NCBI GenBank assembly: GCA_046754105.1
Contig: JBHHVD010000061.1
Span: forward strand, 1 to 20,414
Reading direction: 5' to 3'
DNA: 20,414 nucleotides
Source: Candidatus Krumholzibacteriia bacterium
GTDB lineage: Bacteria; Krumholzibacteriota; Krumholzibacteriia; WVZY01
Positions 1 to 9,102 of the stretch are shown here, one piece after another. The position numbers were made by a program, and so were the translations under genes. Under the pieces are notes generated by a model, which saw only the letters and a list, made by a program, of their open reading frames with translations, was not told where the DNA came from and ran no database searches. Position 1 is the first letter of the stretch; every line of letters begins with the position of its first letter.

Positions 1-125
1 TCGACAACCTTACCGTGGACCTGACCGGTACCCTGTGCAAACAAGAGAGTGGGGCTTGAAACACACAGAAGCGCGAATGCGAGCAAAGCGCCCGCGAGCA
101 TTCTCACCTTGGCGGTTCCAAACAT
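1..125 (-). CDS. Partial (N-terminal 41 aa) secreted protein, likely TonB-dependent receptor or carboxypeptidase-regulatory-like domain protein
   Basis: Not in ORF track. ATG at 125-123 with AAAGGGG RBS 7 nt upstream; reads MFGTAKVRMLAGALLAFALLCVSSPTLLFA-QGTGQVHGKVV(D/E) and stays open to the window edge. Sec signal peptide, then a motif like the 'QTGxIxGxVxD' start of CarboxypepD_reg-like domains. Confidence 0.7.
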   Translation of the reverse strand, partial: MFGTAKVRMLAGALLAFALLCVSSPTLLFAQGTGQVHGKVV

Positions 126-273
126 ACATTTACCCCTTTCGATGGCGTATCTGCACTCTTGAATTATCGTGTGGGGACGACCTGGAACAGATAATATACT
201 GCCCCGGCAAAGCAGGTGGGGTAACGATAACATACCTTAAGCAGGATTGGCAATAGCGCTGACTTCCGGTGAA

Positions 274-302
274 AATATATTTTGCGCCGCTTGTGGTGTC
301 AA
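274..302 (-). promoter_or_regulatory. Sigma70-type promoter
   Basis: Minus strand TTGACA (302-297), 17 nt, TATATT (279-274), in an AT-rich intergenic tract ~150 nt upstream of the ATG at 125. Confidence 0.75.
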
Positions 303-335
303 CGAAATTATCCCCGACCTGCGGGCGTCTCGGGG
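301..335 (-). terminator. Possible weak intrinsic terminator after oppF
   Basis: Minus strand CCCCGA-12 nt loop-TCGGGG followed by ATAATTTCGTT. A second hairpin GGGCGGT-GCG-ACCGCCC (356-372) abuts the oppF stop. U-tract is poor. Confidence 0.3.
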
Positions 336-371
336 GCCCACGGCCGGCCTGGCTCGGGCGGTCGCACCGCC

Positions 372-1385
<1,014 letters not shown>

Positions 1386-1397
1386 TCGTTCCTTAAA

Positions 1398-2381
1398 CTA
1401 TGCAGACTCGGCGCTCGCCACGTCCTTCCAGCACCGTACCCGGTGACCCGGCGCCCCTTCACGGACGCCGATCTCGCTCTCCGTGCATCGTGGTTCGACG
1501 TGGCAGCAGCGGTCCGAAAAACGGCAGCCGGCGGGCACATGAAATGGGTCCGGCACGCGCCCGGGTATCACGCTCAGCGGTTTCCCCCCGTGAAACAACC
1601 TCGGGATAGACGCCTGCAGGCCGATCGTGTAGGGGTGCCGGGGTTGGCGGAACACGCTGCCGACGTCGGCCTCTTCCACGACCTGGCCCGCGTACATTAC
1701 TACCACGCGTTTCGCCGTCTCGGCGATCACGCCGAGATCGTGCGTGATCATCAGCACCGCCATGTTGAAACGCTCCTGAAGTGATTGCAATAGCTCGAGG
1801 ATCTGTGCCTGGATGGTTACGTCCAGCGCTGTCGTCGGTTCGTCGGCGATCAATAGACTCGGGTGACACGACAGCGCCATCGCGATCATCACGCGCTGCC
1901 GCATTCCCCCACTGAGCTGATGAGGGTACGACTTCGCGCAGCGTGCCGGGTCGGGAATGCCCACCAATCCCAGCATCTCCACCGTTCGCGCGAGAGACTC
2001 CTTCTTGCCGACCTTCTGATGGAGCATCACGGCTTCCTGTACCTGGTACCCGCAGGTAAATACCGGGTTGAGGCTCGTCATCGGCTCCTGGAAGATCATG
2101 GATATCTCGTTGCCGCGCACCTTGCGCATGTCCGCTTCGGAGAGCTCGAGCAGGTTGCGTCCCTTGTAGAGGATTTCCCCGCCGTCGACTCGGCCCGGGG
2201 GAGACTGGATGAGCCGCATGATGGCCAGCGCGGTTACCGTCTTGCCGCAGCCGCTCTCGCCGACCAGCCCAAGCGTCTCACCGGGGTGAAGGGAGAAACT
2301 GGCGCTATCGACGGCCCGCGCGATCCCGTCCTCGGTTCGAAAGCTGCACGAGAGATTCTGGATTTCGAGAAGTGTCTCCAT
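1398..2381 (-). CDS. oppD: Oligopeptide/dipeptide ABC transporter ATP-binding subunit (OppD/DppD)
   Basis: [50 protein letters not shown]. Confidence 0.93.
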   Translation of the reverse strand: METLLEIQNLSCSFRTEDGIARAVDSASFSLHPGETLGLVGESGCGKTVTALAIMRLIQSPPGRVDGGEILYKGRNLLELSEADMRKVRGNEISMIFQEPMTSLNPVFTCGYQVQEAVMLHQKVGKKESLARTVEMLGLVGIPDPARCAKSYPHQLSGGMRQRVMIAMALSCHPSLLIADEPTTALDVTIQAQILELLQSLQERFNMAVLMITHDLGVIAETAKRVVVMYAGQVVEEADVGSVFRQPRHPYTIGLQASIPRLFHGGKPLSVIPGRVPDPFHVPAGCRFSDRCCHVEPRCTESEIGVREGAPGHRVRCWKDVASAESA

Positions 2382-2452
2382 GGACGCTCACCGCCAATCT
2401 AGGCGCAAGAAGGACATTCGATCAAGCCAAATAACGACGTTCTACGGGGTTG

Positions 2453-3535
2453 CTACGCCCGCTTGACGTCCATGGCGTCCCGCAGGCCGTCGCCCAACAG
2501 GTTGCAGGAGACAACGGCACACACCAGCGCCAACCCGGGAAAGAGCGCGACCCACCAGGCGGACAGCAGTACCTCCCGTCCCTCGAAGACCATGCCGCCC
2601 CAGCTCGGCGTCGGCGGTTGCGCCCCGAGGCCCAGGAACGACAGGTACGACTCGAGGAGAATGAGCGTTCCAACTCGTAGGGTCGCGGCGACGATGACGG
2701 GGCCCGCCGTGTTGGGCAGAAGATGCCTCGCCACAACCCGCACCCCGCCCGCCCCGGTTGCGCGGGCCGCCTGCACGAACTCCCGCTGCTTCAACACGAG
2801 CACCTCCGAACGAACCACACGGGCGACCCCCATCCATCCGGTCGCCGCGAGCAGCACCACCAAGAGCCACATCGAGTTGGCGAAAAACGCGAGCAGGGTC
2901 AAAATCAACACCAGGCGCGGAAAGGCCAGTAGCCCATCGACCACGCGCATGGCGAGGTCGTCCACCCATCCACCGAAGTAACCGGAGAACGCACCGAACA
3001 TCAATCCGAGGAGGGACGCGAGTGCCACGGCCGTTACCGATACGGCGAGCGAGACCCGCGACCCGTAGAGAACGCGGCTGAAAACGTCCCGGCCGAACCG
3101 GTCCGTGCCCATCGGGTGTTGGAGGGACGGCGCCTGGTAACGGTTTACGGCCGGCTCGTCCTGGGTGACGGGGTCGAAGGGGGCGACGATCGGCGCGACG
3201 ATCGACACGACGAGAAAAATCGTGAACAGCCAAAGTCCAAGCGTTGCCATGCCGTGTGTCTTGAAGCGTGCCGTCCGGGCGGCGAGCCTCGACCGGGCCG
3301 CCTCGCCGAGGACGAGCCCTGGCAGTACCGCAGCGGCGTAGAGCCCCACCGCGCCAAGGACGATGACGAGCGCCCCGAGCCTCTTTTCCGTCGCCGGCGA
3401 TATCATCAGTCCTGCAAGCAGGGGCATTCTCACCAGGCACAAGAGCGCATATGAATAAAAAAGAACGGCGAGGCCCGCTCCCGACGTGGCGCCCGGGAGG
3501 AATCGCAGCCATTTCATGCTCGCAACGCTGGACAT
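2453..3535 (-). CDS. oppC: Oligopeptide/dipeptide ABC transporter permease (OppC/DppC) with N-terminal hydrophobic extension
   Basis: HPMGTDRFGRDVFSRVLYGSRVSL, EAA-like EFVQAARATGA, LSFLGLG..PPTPSWG, NLLGDGLRD. Start set at ATG 3535 (GGAAGGG upstream); 3517 is an alternative. Confidence 0.88.
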   Translation of the reverse strand: MSSVASMKWLRFLPGATSGAGLAVLFYSYALLCLVRMPLLAGLMISPATEKRLGALVIVLGAVGLYAAAVLPGLVLGEAARSRLAARTARFKTHGMATLGLWLFTIFLVVSIVAPIVAPFDPVTQDEPAVNRYQAPSLQHPMGTDRFGRDVFSRVLYGSRVSLAVSVTAVALASLLGLMFGAFSGYFGGWVDDLAMRVVDGLLAFPRLVLILTLLAFFANSMWLLVVLLAATGWMGVARVVRSEVLVLKQREFVQAARATGAGGVRVVARHLLPNTAGPVIVAATLRVGTLILLESYLSFLGLGAQPPTPSWGGMVFEGREVLLSAWWVALFPGLALVCAVVSCNLLGDGLRDAMDVKRA

Positions 3536-3554
3536 CTTGCAGGCCCTTCCCTCG

Positions 3555-4535
3555 CTACCCTCCCGGGGCGGGCGAATAACGAGACGACCGGACACGCGGA
3601 TCGACCCACAGGTAGCCGAGGTCCGCAAGGAGGTTTCCCGCGATCACCATTACGGCCGAGACAAAGCTGGCCGCGAGCACCACTGGATAATCACGGGCGA
3701 AAATGGCGTCCACCATCAGTGAGCCCATGCCGGGCCACCCGAAAACCTTCTCGACGACGACCGCTCCCGTCAGCAGAAAGGGCACGCTCAAACCGACCAC
3801 CGTCAGCAGCTGCGGCGCGGCGTTTCTCAGAGCGTGCTTCCACACGACGTGCCTCTCGGAGAGACCCTTGGCTCGGGCGGTGCGAATGTACTCCTCGTGC
3901 AACACGTCGAGCAAACTGCCGCGCGCGTAGCGGGCGAGCGCCGCCGCGCTGCCGACGGCCAGGACCGTCACGGGCAGGATCATATGCCGCAGGCGGTCCG
4001 CGAAGACGGGGGGCGTCTGCGGGTGCACGGAGAACATCCCCGCGGCCGGAAGCCAGTGCAGCTTGAGCGCGAAGAGGAAGACCAGGAGAAAGGCAAAATA
4101 GAATGACGGCAGTGAATAGAAGACGAGAGAAGCGACTGAGGCGGTGCGGTCGAGGGGACTTCCGCGCCGCGTCGCCGATAGCATCCCCAGGCCCATCCCG
4201 AGAAGGACCTGCACCAGAAGTGCGAAGCCGGTGAGCTGCAGCGTTCGCGGAATGGTTTCTGCCAGGATCCGCGACACCGGTCTGCGCTGGTGGATGCTGA
4301 CGCCAAAATCCCCCACCAGGAAACTGCGCACCGTCTTTGCGTACTGGATGGGAAGCGGCTGGTCCAGACCGAGCCGGTGCCGCACCGTCTCCATGACTCT
4401 CGGATCGATGTCGGGGCTGTAGTAGCGGTGGACCGGGTCGCCCGGGGCGAGGCGCAGGATAAAGAAGGCGGCCGTCAGCGTGATGAAAACGAGAATGACC
4501 GCGTGGACGGTTCGGCGTAAAACGAATCGAAACAT
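3555..4535 (-). CDS. oppB: Oligopeptide/dipeptide ABC transporter permease (OppB/DppB)
   Basis: APGDP, LGLDQPLPIQY, GDFGVS, EEYIRTARAKGL, VEKVFGWPGMG, RDYPVV, DPRV. ATG 4535 with GGGAG RBS. Confidence 0.92.
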   Translation of the reverse strand: MFRFVLRRTVHAVILVFITLTAAFFILRLAPGDPVHRYYSPDIDPRVMETVRHRLGLDQPLPIQYAKTVRSFLVGDFGVSIHQRRPVSRILAETIPRTLQLTGFALLVQVLLGMGLGMLSATRRGSPLDRTASVASLVFYSLPSFYFAFLLVFLFALKLHWLPAAGMFSVHPQTPPVFADRLRHMILPVTVLAVGSAAALARYARGSLLDVLHEEYIRTARAKGLSERHVVWKHALRNAAPQLLTVVGLSVPFLLTGAVVVEKVFGWPGMGSLMVDAIFARDYPVVLAASFVSAVMVIAGNLLADLGYLWVDPRVRSSRYSPAPGG

Positions 4536-4609
4536 ATGGATCTCCCGCACGGCGTGCCGGGAACGGTCGGCCGGCGCGCTGCGGAACTCGCCGTCGCCCC
4601 CCGTTCATA

Positions 4610-4641
4610 CGCGCCCTACCAATCCAGGCGCGGCTTTTTTT
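4610..4641. terminator. Hairpin with T7 tract between gcvPB and oppB
   Basis: CGCGCC-11 nt-GGCGCG (4610-4632), then GC and T7 (4635-4641) on the + strand, so the U-tract is antisense to the operon. Confidence 0.3.
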
Positions 4642-4646
4642 ACGCC

Positions 4647-6098
4647 TTATAAGGGCTGGCTGCCGGACGGTGGAGCGGTGAGAACGGGTTTTCGGTTCGC
4701 GGTGGTTTCATCGAGCCGCCGCACAGGAGTATCGTGCGGCGCCCCCTTGAGCAGATCGGGATCCTCCACCGCTTCCCTCGCAATCTGCTTCATGACCGCC
4801 ACGAACTGATCCAGCGTCTCCTTGCCCTCCGTCTCCGTCGGCTCGATCATGATCGCCTCGCGAACCACCATTGGAAAATAGATGGTCGGCGCGTGATATC
4901 CGAAATCGAGAAGACGTTTCGCTATGTCCAGGGTCCTTACCCCGTGCTTTTTGTACGGTTCCCCGGAAGCGACGAATTCGTGCATGCACCGCTTGCCGTA
5001 CGGTATCGGGAACGCCTCCTCTAGTTGGCTCGCCAGATAATTGGCGTTCAGGTTGGCCGTCGTCGCGACCCGGCGCAGCCCGGCTGCGCCGTGGCGTACG
5101 ATGTAGCATAGCGCCCGCAGGTATATACCGAAGTTGCCGTAGAACGAATGTATCGAGCCGACACTGTGCGGGTCTTCATGCTCGACTCGAAATTGGTCGC
5201 CATCTCTCCGTACCCTCGGAACAGGCAGAAACGCGGCGAGCGACTCCTTTACTCCTATCGGACCGGACCCGGGGCCACCCCCCCCATGCGGTGTCGAAAA
5301 AGTCTTGTGAAGGTTCAGATGCATCATATCGAAACCAAAATCGCCCGGTCTCGCCCAGCCAAGCAACGCGTTCAAATTGGCGCCGTCCATGTAACACAGA
5401 GCGCCACGCTCGTGCGCCAGGTCGAGAATTTCCCCGATTCGCCGTTCGAAGATTCCCAGTGTGTTCGGCACTGTGAGCATCAAGACCGCCGTGTTCTTGT
5501 CGAGCGAGCGGTTCAGCACATCCATATCCACTTCGCCGTCCTTGCCCGATGGCACGGCTTGATTCTCGTAGCCGACCATGTGGGCGCTGGCGGGGTTGGT
5601 ACCGTGGGCCGAGTCGGCTACCAGGACCTTGCCGCGGGATTCCCCCCGGTCGGCGAAGTACTTTTTCGCCATCATCATTCCGACGAGCTCGCCGTGCGCT
5701 CCCGCGGCAGTGTTCAACGAGAAAGCGTCCATGCCCACGATGGCGCAGAGTTTTTGCTCGAGGGTGTGGATCACTTCGAGAGCACCCTGGACATCCGGGT
5801 CGGGCTGCTCCGGGTGCAGCCCGGCAAAGCTCTTCATCGACGCGACGTCCTCGTTCACTTTCGGGTTATACTTCATCGTGCAGCTGCCCAGCGGATAGAG
5901 GTTCTTGTCGATGTGGTGGTTGAGCACCGAGAGTTCGGTGAAATGGCGTACGATTCCCGGTTCGCTCACCTGCGGCAGTCCGGGGCGGTTCGCGCGCAGG
6001 TACTCGTCCGCCACGTCCACGGGCTCCGGCGCGGGCTCGCCGGCGAACCGGAATCCCCTCCGGCCCTCGCGGCTCATCTCGAAAAGTGTTTTCTTCAT
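4647..6098 (-). CDS. gcvPB: Glycine dehydrogenase (decarboxylating) subunit 2, P protein beta
   Basis: YPLGSCTMKYNP, AAGAHGE, SAHGTNPASA, DGANLNA, PLP-lysine motif HLNLHKTFSTPHGGGGPG, MIEPTETE. ATG overlaps the gcvPA stop (ATGA 6098-6095). Confidence 0.96.
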   Translation of the reverse strand: MKKTLFEMSREGRRGFRFAGEPAPEPVDVADEYLRANRPGLPQVSEPGIVRHFTELSVLNHHIDKNLYPLGSCTMKYNPKVNEDVASMKSFAGLHPEQPDPDVQGALEVIHTLEQKLCAIVGMDAFSLNTAAGAHGELVGMMMAKKYFADRGESRGKVLVADSAHGTNPASAHMVGYENQAVPSGKDGEVDMDVLNRSLDKNTAVLMLTVPNTLGIFERRIGEILDLAHERGALCYMDGANLNALLGWARPGDFGFDMMHLNLHKTFSTPHGGGGPGSGPIGVKESLAAFLPVPRVRRDGDQFRVEHEDPHSVGSIHSFYGNFGIYLRALCYIVRHGAAGLRRVATTANLNANYLASQLEEAFPIPYGKRCMHEFVASGEPYKKHGVRTLDIAKRLLDFGYHAPTIYFPMVVREAIMIEPTETEGKETLDQFVAVMKQIAREAVEDPDLLKGAPHDTPVRRLDETTANRKPVLTAPPSGSQPL

Positions 6099-7450
6099 CG
6101 CGCTGACCCGGTCTTCCTCAGCACGTCGCAAAACCGCGTGAAATCCTCATCGCTCCGCTTCTCCGTTACGGCGATGAGCAGGTCGTTTCTCGCGTCGTCG
6201 CCGAAATACTTCTGCAAGGGGATCCCTGCCAGGATTCCCGACGCCCGCGCGTTGTCCACGACCGCACGTGCATCGACCGCGCACCGAACGACGAACTCGC
6301 GGAAGAAGGGACCGCGGTAGCGCAGGGAATAACCGGGGATGCCCACTATCATCGAGGCCAGCCGGTGCGCCTTCGCGTGACAGATTTTGCCCAGTTCGTG
6401 AAAGCCCGCTTCTCCGAGCAGCGCCAGGTGAATGGTGGAGCGCAGCGCCAGCAGGCCCTGGTTCGTGCAAATGTTGGAGGTCGCCTTTTCGCGCCGGATG
6501 TGCTGTTCGCGCGTTTGCAGCGTCAACGTGTAGGCGCGCACTCCTTCGATGTCACGCGTCTCGCTTACCAATCGCCCGGGCAGGTTCCTGATGTATTTCC
6601 GGTCACACGCCATAAAGCCGAGCAGCGGACCTCCGAAGCTCACGTGGTTGCCGAGAAGCTGCCCCTCTCCAATCGCGATGTCCGCTCCGTATTCACCGGG
6701 CGGTTTGAACAGCGAGAGCGATACCGGGTCCACCGCGACCACAAGGAGCGCCCCCGCCTGCCGGATTGCGTCCCCGCAGGTCCACGGCGCCTCCAGAACA
6801 CCAAAGTAGTTGGGTGTTTGTAGAACGACGCCCGCCGTGTTGTCACTCAGCGAGGCGCACAGGGGCGCGGAGTCCGTGCTTCCATCCCCGGTCACCGGCA
6901 GCGGAGTCAGCTTCAGGCCCTGCTGGGCGGCATAGGTCTGGAGCACCTCGCGGTAACGGGGGTTGACGCTCTCGGAAACGAGCAGCTCGGAGCGGCCGGT
7001 TACCTTGGCGGCCATCAGCGCGGACTCCGCCAGGGCGGTAGCCGCGTCGTACATGGACGCGTTGGCGACGGGCAGCCCCGTCAATCGCGAAATCATCGTC
7101 TGGTATTCGAAGATAACTTGCAGCGTACCCTGGCTGACTTCAGCCTGGTACGGCGTGTAGGCGGTATAGAATTCCGAGCGGCCGGCGAGATGGCCGACGA
7201 CCGAGGGGACCACGTGGTCGTACACGCCACCACCGAGAAAGCTCACCATGCTGCCGGCGGCGTTACTGCGCTCGCCGAGCGCCTCGAAGTAGCGGATGGT
7301 TTCGTGCTCGCTAAGGCCCGGGCCTACCGCAAGCGGTTCCGTCATGCGGTACTGCTTGGGAATACCGTCGAACAGCTCGTCTTCCGAATCGAGCCCCAGT
7401 GCCGCGAGCATCTCGCGCCGGTCTTCTTCCGTGTGGTAGAGGTAAGGCAA
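6095..7450 (-). CDS. gcvPA: Glycine dehydrogenase (decarboxylating) subunit 1, P protein alpha
   Basis: FLGGGVYDH, EFYTAYTPYQAEVSQG, NASMYD, TREQHIRREKATSNICTNQ. TTG start directly after the gcvH TAA. Confidence 0.96.
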   Translation of the reverse strand: MPYLYHTEEDRREMLAALGLDSEDELFDGIPKQYRMTEPLAVGPGLSEHETIRYFEALGERSNAAGSMVSFLGGGVYDHVVPSVVGHLAGRSEFYTAYTPYQAEVSQGTLQVIFEYQTMISRLTGLPVANASMYDAATALAESALMAAKVTGRSELLVSESVNPRYREVLQTYAAQQGLKLTPLPVTGDGSTDSAPLCASLSDNTAGVVLQTPNYFGVLEAPWTCGDAIRQAGALLVVAVDPVSLSLFKPPGEYGADIAIGEGQLLGNHVSFGGPLLGFMACDRKYIRNLPGRLVSETRDIEGVRAYTLTLQTREQHIRREKATSNICTNQGLLALRSTIHLALLGEAGFHELGKICHAKAHRLASMIVGIPGYSLRYRGPFFREFVVRCAVDARAVVDNARASGILAGIPLQKYFGDDARNDLLIAVTEKRSDEDFTRFCDVLRKTGSAR

Positions 7451-7837
7451 TTATTCCTTCCCGATCATTTGCTGGTATTCGTCGTGCGTCATCAGGCCTT
7501 CTAATTCCTTCCGGTCGGCCAGTTGCACCTTGATGAACCAGCCGTCCGCAAACGGTTCCTGGTTGACCAGGCCCGGGTTATCCGCCAGCTCAGCGTTGAT
7601 TTCCGCAACCACACCTGAAACGGGAGCGAAAAGGTCCGCCACGGTTTTTACGGCCTCGATCGTTCCTATCGGTTCTGCGGCCGTGATCTCCTTGCCCGTC
7701 TCCGGCAATTCGACGAACACTACATCTCCCAACTCACCGGACGCGAAATCGGTGATCCCGATTGTAACCGTGTCCGACCCGTCTTCGTACCGCACCCACT
7801 CGTGCTCGCTGGTGAAGCGCACGCGCTCGAAATCCAT
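7451..7837 (-). CDS. gcvH: Glycine cleavage system H protein (lipoyl carrier)
   Basis: HEW, IGITDFASGELGDVVFVELP, lipoyl-Lys motif IEAVKTVADLFAPVSG, GWFIK; GGAGGAG RBS. Confidence 0.96.
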   Translation of the reverse strand: MDFERVRFTSEHEWVRYEDGSDTVTIGITDFASGELGDVVFVELPETGKEITAAEPIGTIEAVKTVADLFAPVSGVVAEINAELADNPGLVNQEPFADGWFIKVQLADRKELEGLMTHDEYQQMIGKE

Positions 7838-7906
7838 CCAGTTCTCCTCCCTGCTGCCGCCGGCTTCCGCCAGCGCCGTTCGCCGCCCAGCGGCGGTCCA
7901 CGGCGT

Positions 7907-9037
7907 TCAACGGTCGGCGTGGCGAACTCTTGCCCTGCTCTCATAAAACGGCAGCGATATCATTTTCGCGGGGACGGTCTTGCCCCGAACATCAATCGAA
8001 TAAGCGGTTCCCGCCCGCTCCGGCACGTGGCGCAAGATCGCCATACACACGCTCTTTTGCAGGGTCGGTGAAAACGCGCCGCTGGTCACCACACCGGTCT
8101 CGCTCCCGTCCACCAAAACGGGATAGCCCTGTCGTGCGATGCGCCGCCCCTCGATCTCGAAGCCGACCAGCTTACGCCTGGAACCGGTCTTTTTCTCCTC
8201 CCGCAACGCGGCCCATCCCCTGAAACCCGGCTTCTTCAGTTTCACCAACCAGCCCAGGCCCGCTTCGAGCGGCGTGGTCGCGTCGTCGAGCTCGTGACCG
8301 TACAGGCAGAACGACGCTTCCAAACGCAGGGTGTCCCGGGCCCCGAGACCGACGGGCGCCAGCCCCCGATCGCCGCCTGCCTCCATGATCTCCCTCCACA
8401 GCGGCACCGCCCGGGACGGCGGCACGAACACTTCAAAACCCAACTCGCCGGTGTACCCCGTCCGCGACACGAGGATCTCCGAGCCCTCGTGCTCGAAGCG
8501 AAAGCCCTTGTAGTACTCCGTTCCTGCCAGGCGTTTCCCAGCCGCGGCGAACGTCGGAGTGTCGCGGAGTATGTCGATACTCCTCGGGCCCTGGACCGCC
8601 AGCAAGGCGTATTGCCCGCTCACGTCTTCGACGTCGACGCCTCTCTTGTCGAACGTACCGATGTGGGCAAGGTCCTTGTCGATGTTCGCCGCGTTAACGA
8701 CGAGCAACACGCGATCCTCATCGAGCACGAATACGAGGAGATCATCCACCGTCGTACCGTTATCGCGACACATGACGGCGTACTGCAGCTCGCCGGGCGC
8801 GAGTTTCAAGCAGTCGTTCGTGATCACCTCGTTGACAAACTGCTTCGCCCCGTCGCCGGTGATGACAAATTAGCCCATGTGGCTCACGTCGAAGATCCCC
8901 GCGCGCTCGCGAACGGCGTTGTGCTCGGCAATAATACTGCCGTAAGCGACGGGCATGACGTAACCGGCGAAGCCGATCATTTTCGCCCCGAGCGACCTGT
9001 GGACCTCTGCGAGCGGTGTCTCTTTGAGTTCGCTCAT
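7907..9037 (-). pseudogene. gcvT: Aminomethyltransferase (T protein) interrupted by one in-frame TAA at codon 56 (nonsense mutation or sequencing error)
   Basis: ORFs 8870-9106 and 7907-8827 share a frame. Continuous translation from ATG 9037: MSELKETPL...[37 protein letters not shown]...SRTGYTGELGFE...GLGARDTLRLEA...PFY; 376 codons if repaired. GcvT identity is very secure; true pseudogene status is not. Confidence 0.85.
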
Positions 9038-9102
9038 CGATTCCCTTTGGGAAACACTTGCCCCCCCAAACCGCCCCCACGCGGCGACGCGACCGCCCGC
9101 CG

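Noticed and set aside
160..232. Fur box or riboswitch in the leader of the secreted-protein gene
   Set aside because: GATAAT half-sites are present but not in the 19 bp Fur arrangement; no cobalamin, TPP or other aptamer core recognised.
8870..8872. Genome-wide reassignment of TAA to an amino acid
   Set aside because: Only one internal TAA among all genes in the window, while gcvH, gcvPB and ktrA end in TAA at family-typical lengths.
8760..9080. Programmed frameshift in gcvT using the 106 aa alternative-frame ORF
   Set aside because: Both GcvT halves are already in the same frame; the alternative ORF shows no GcvT similarity.
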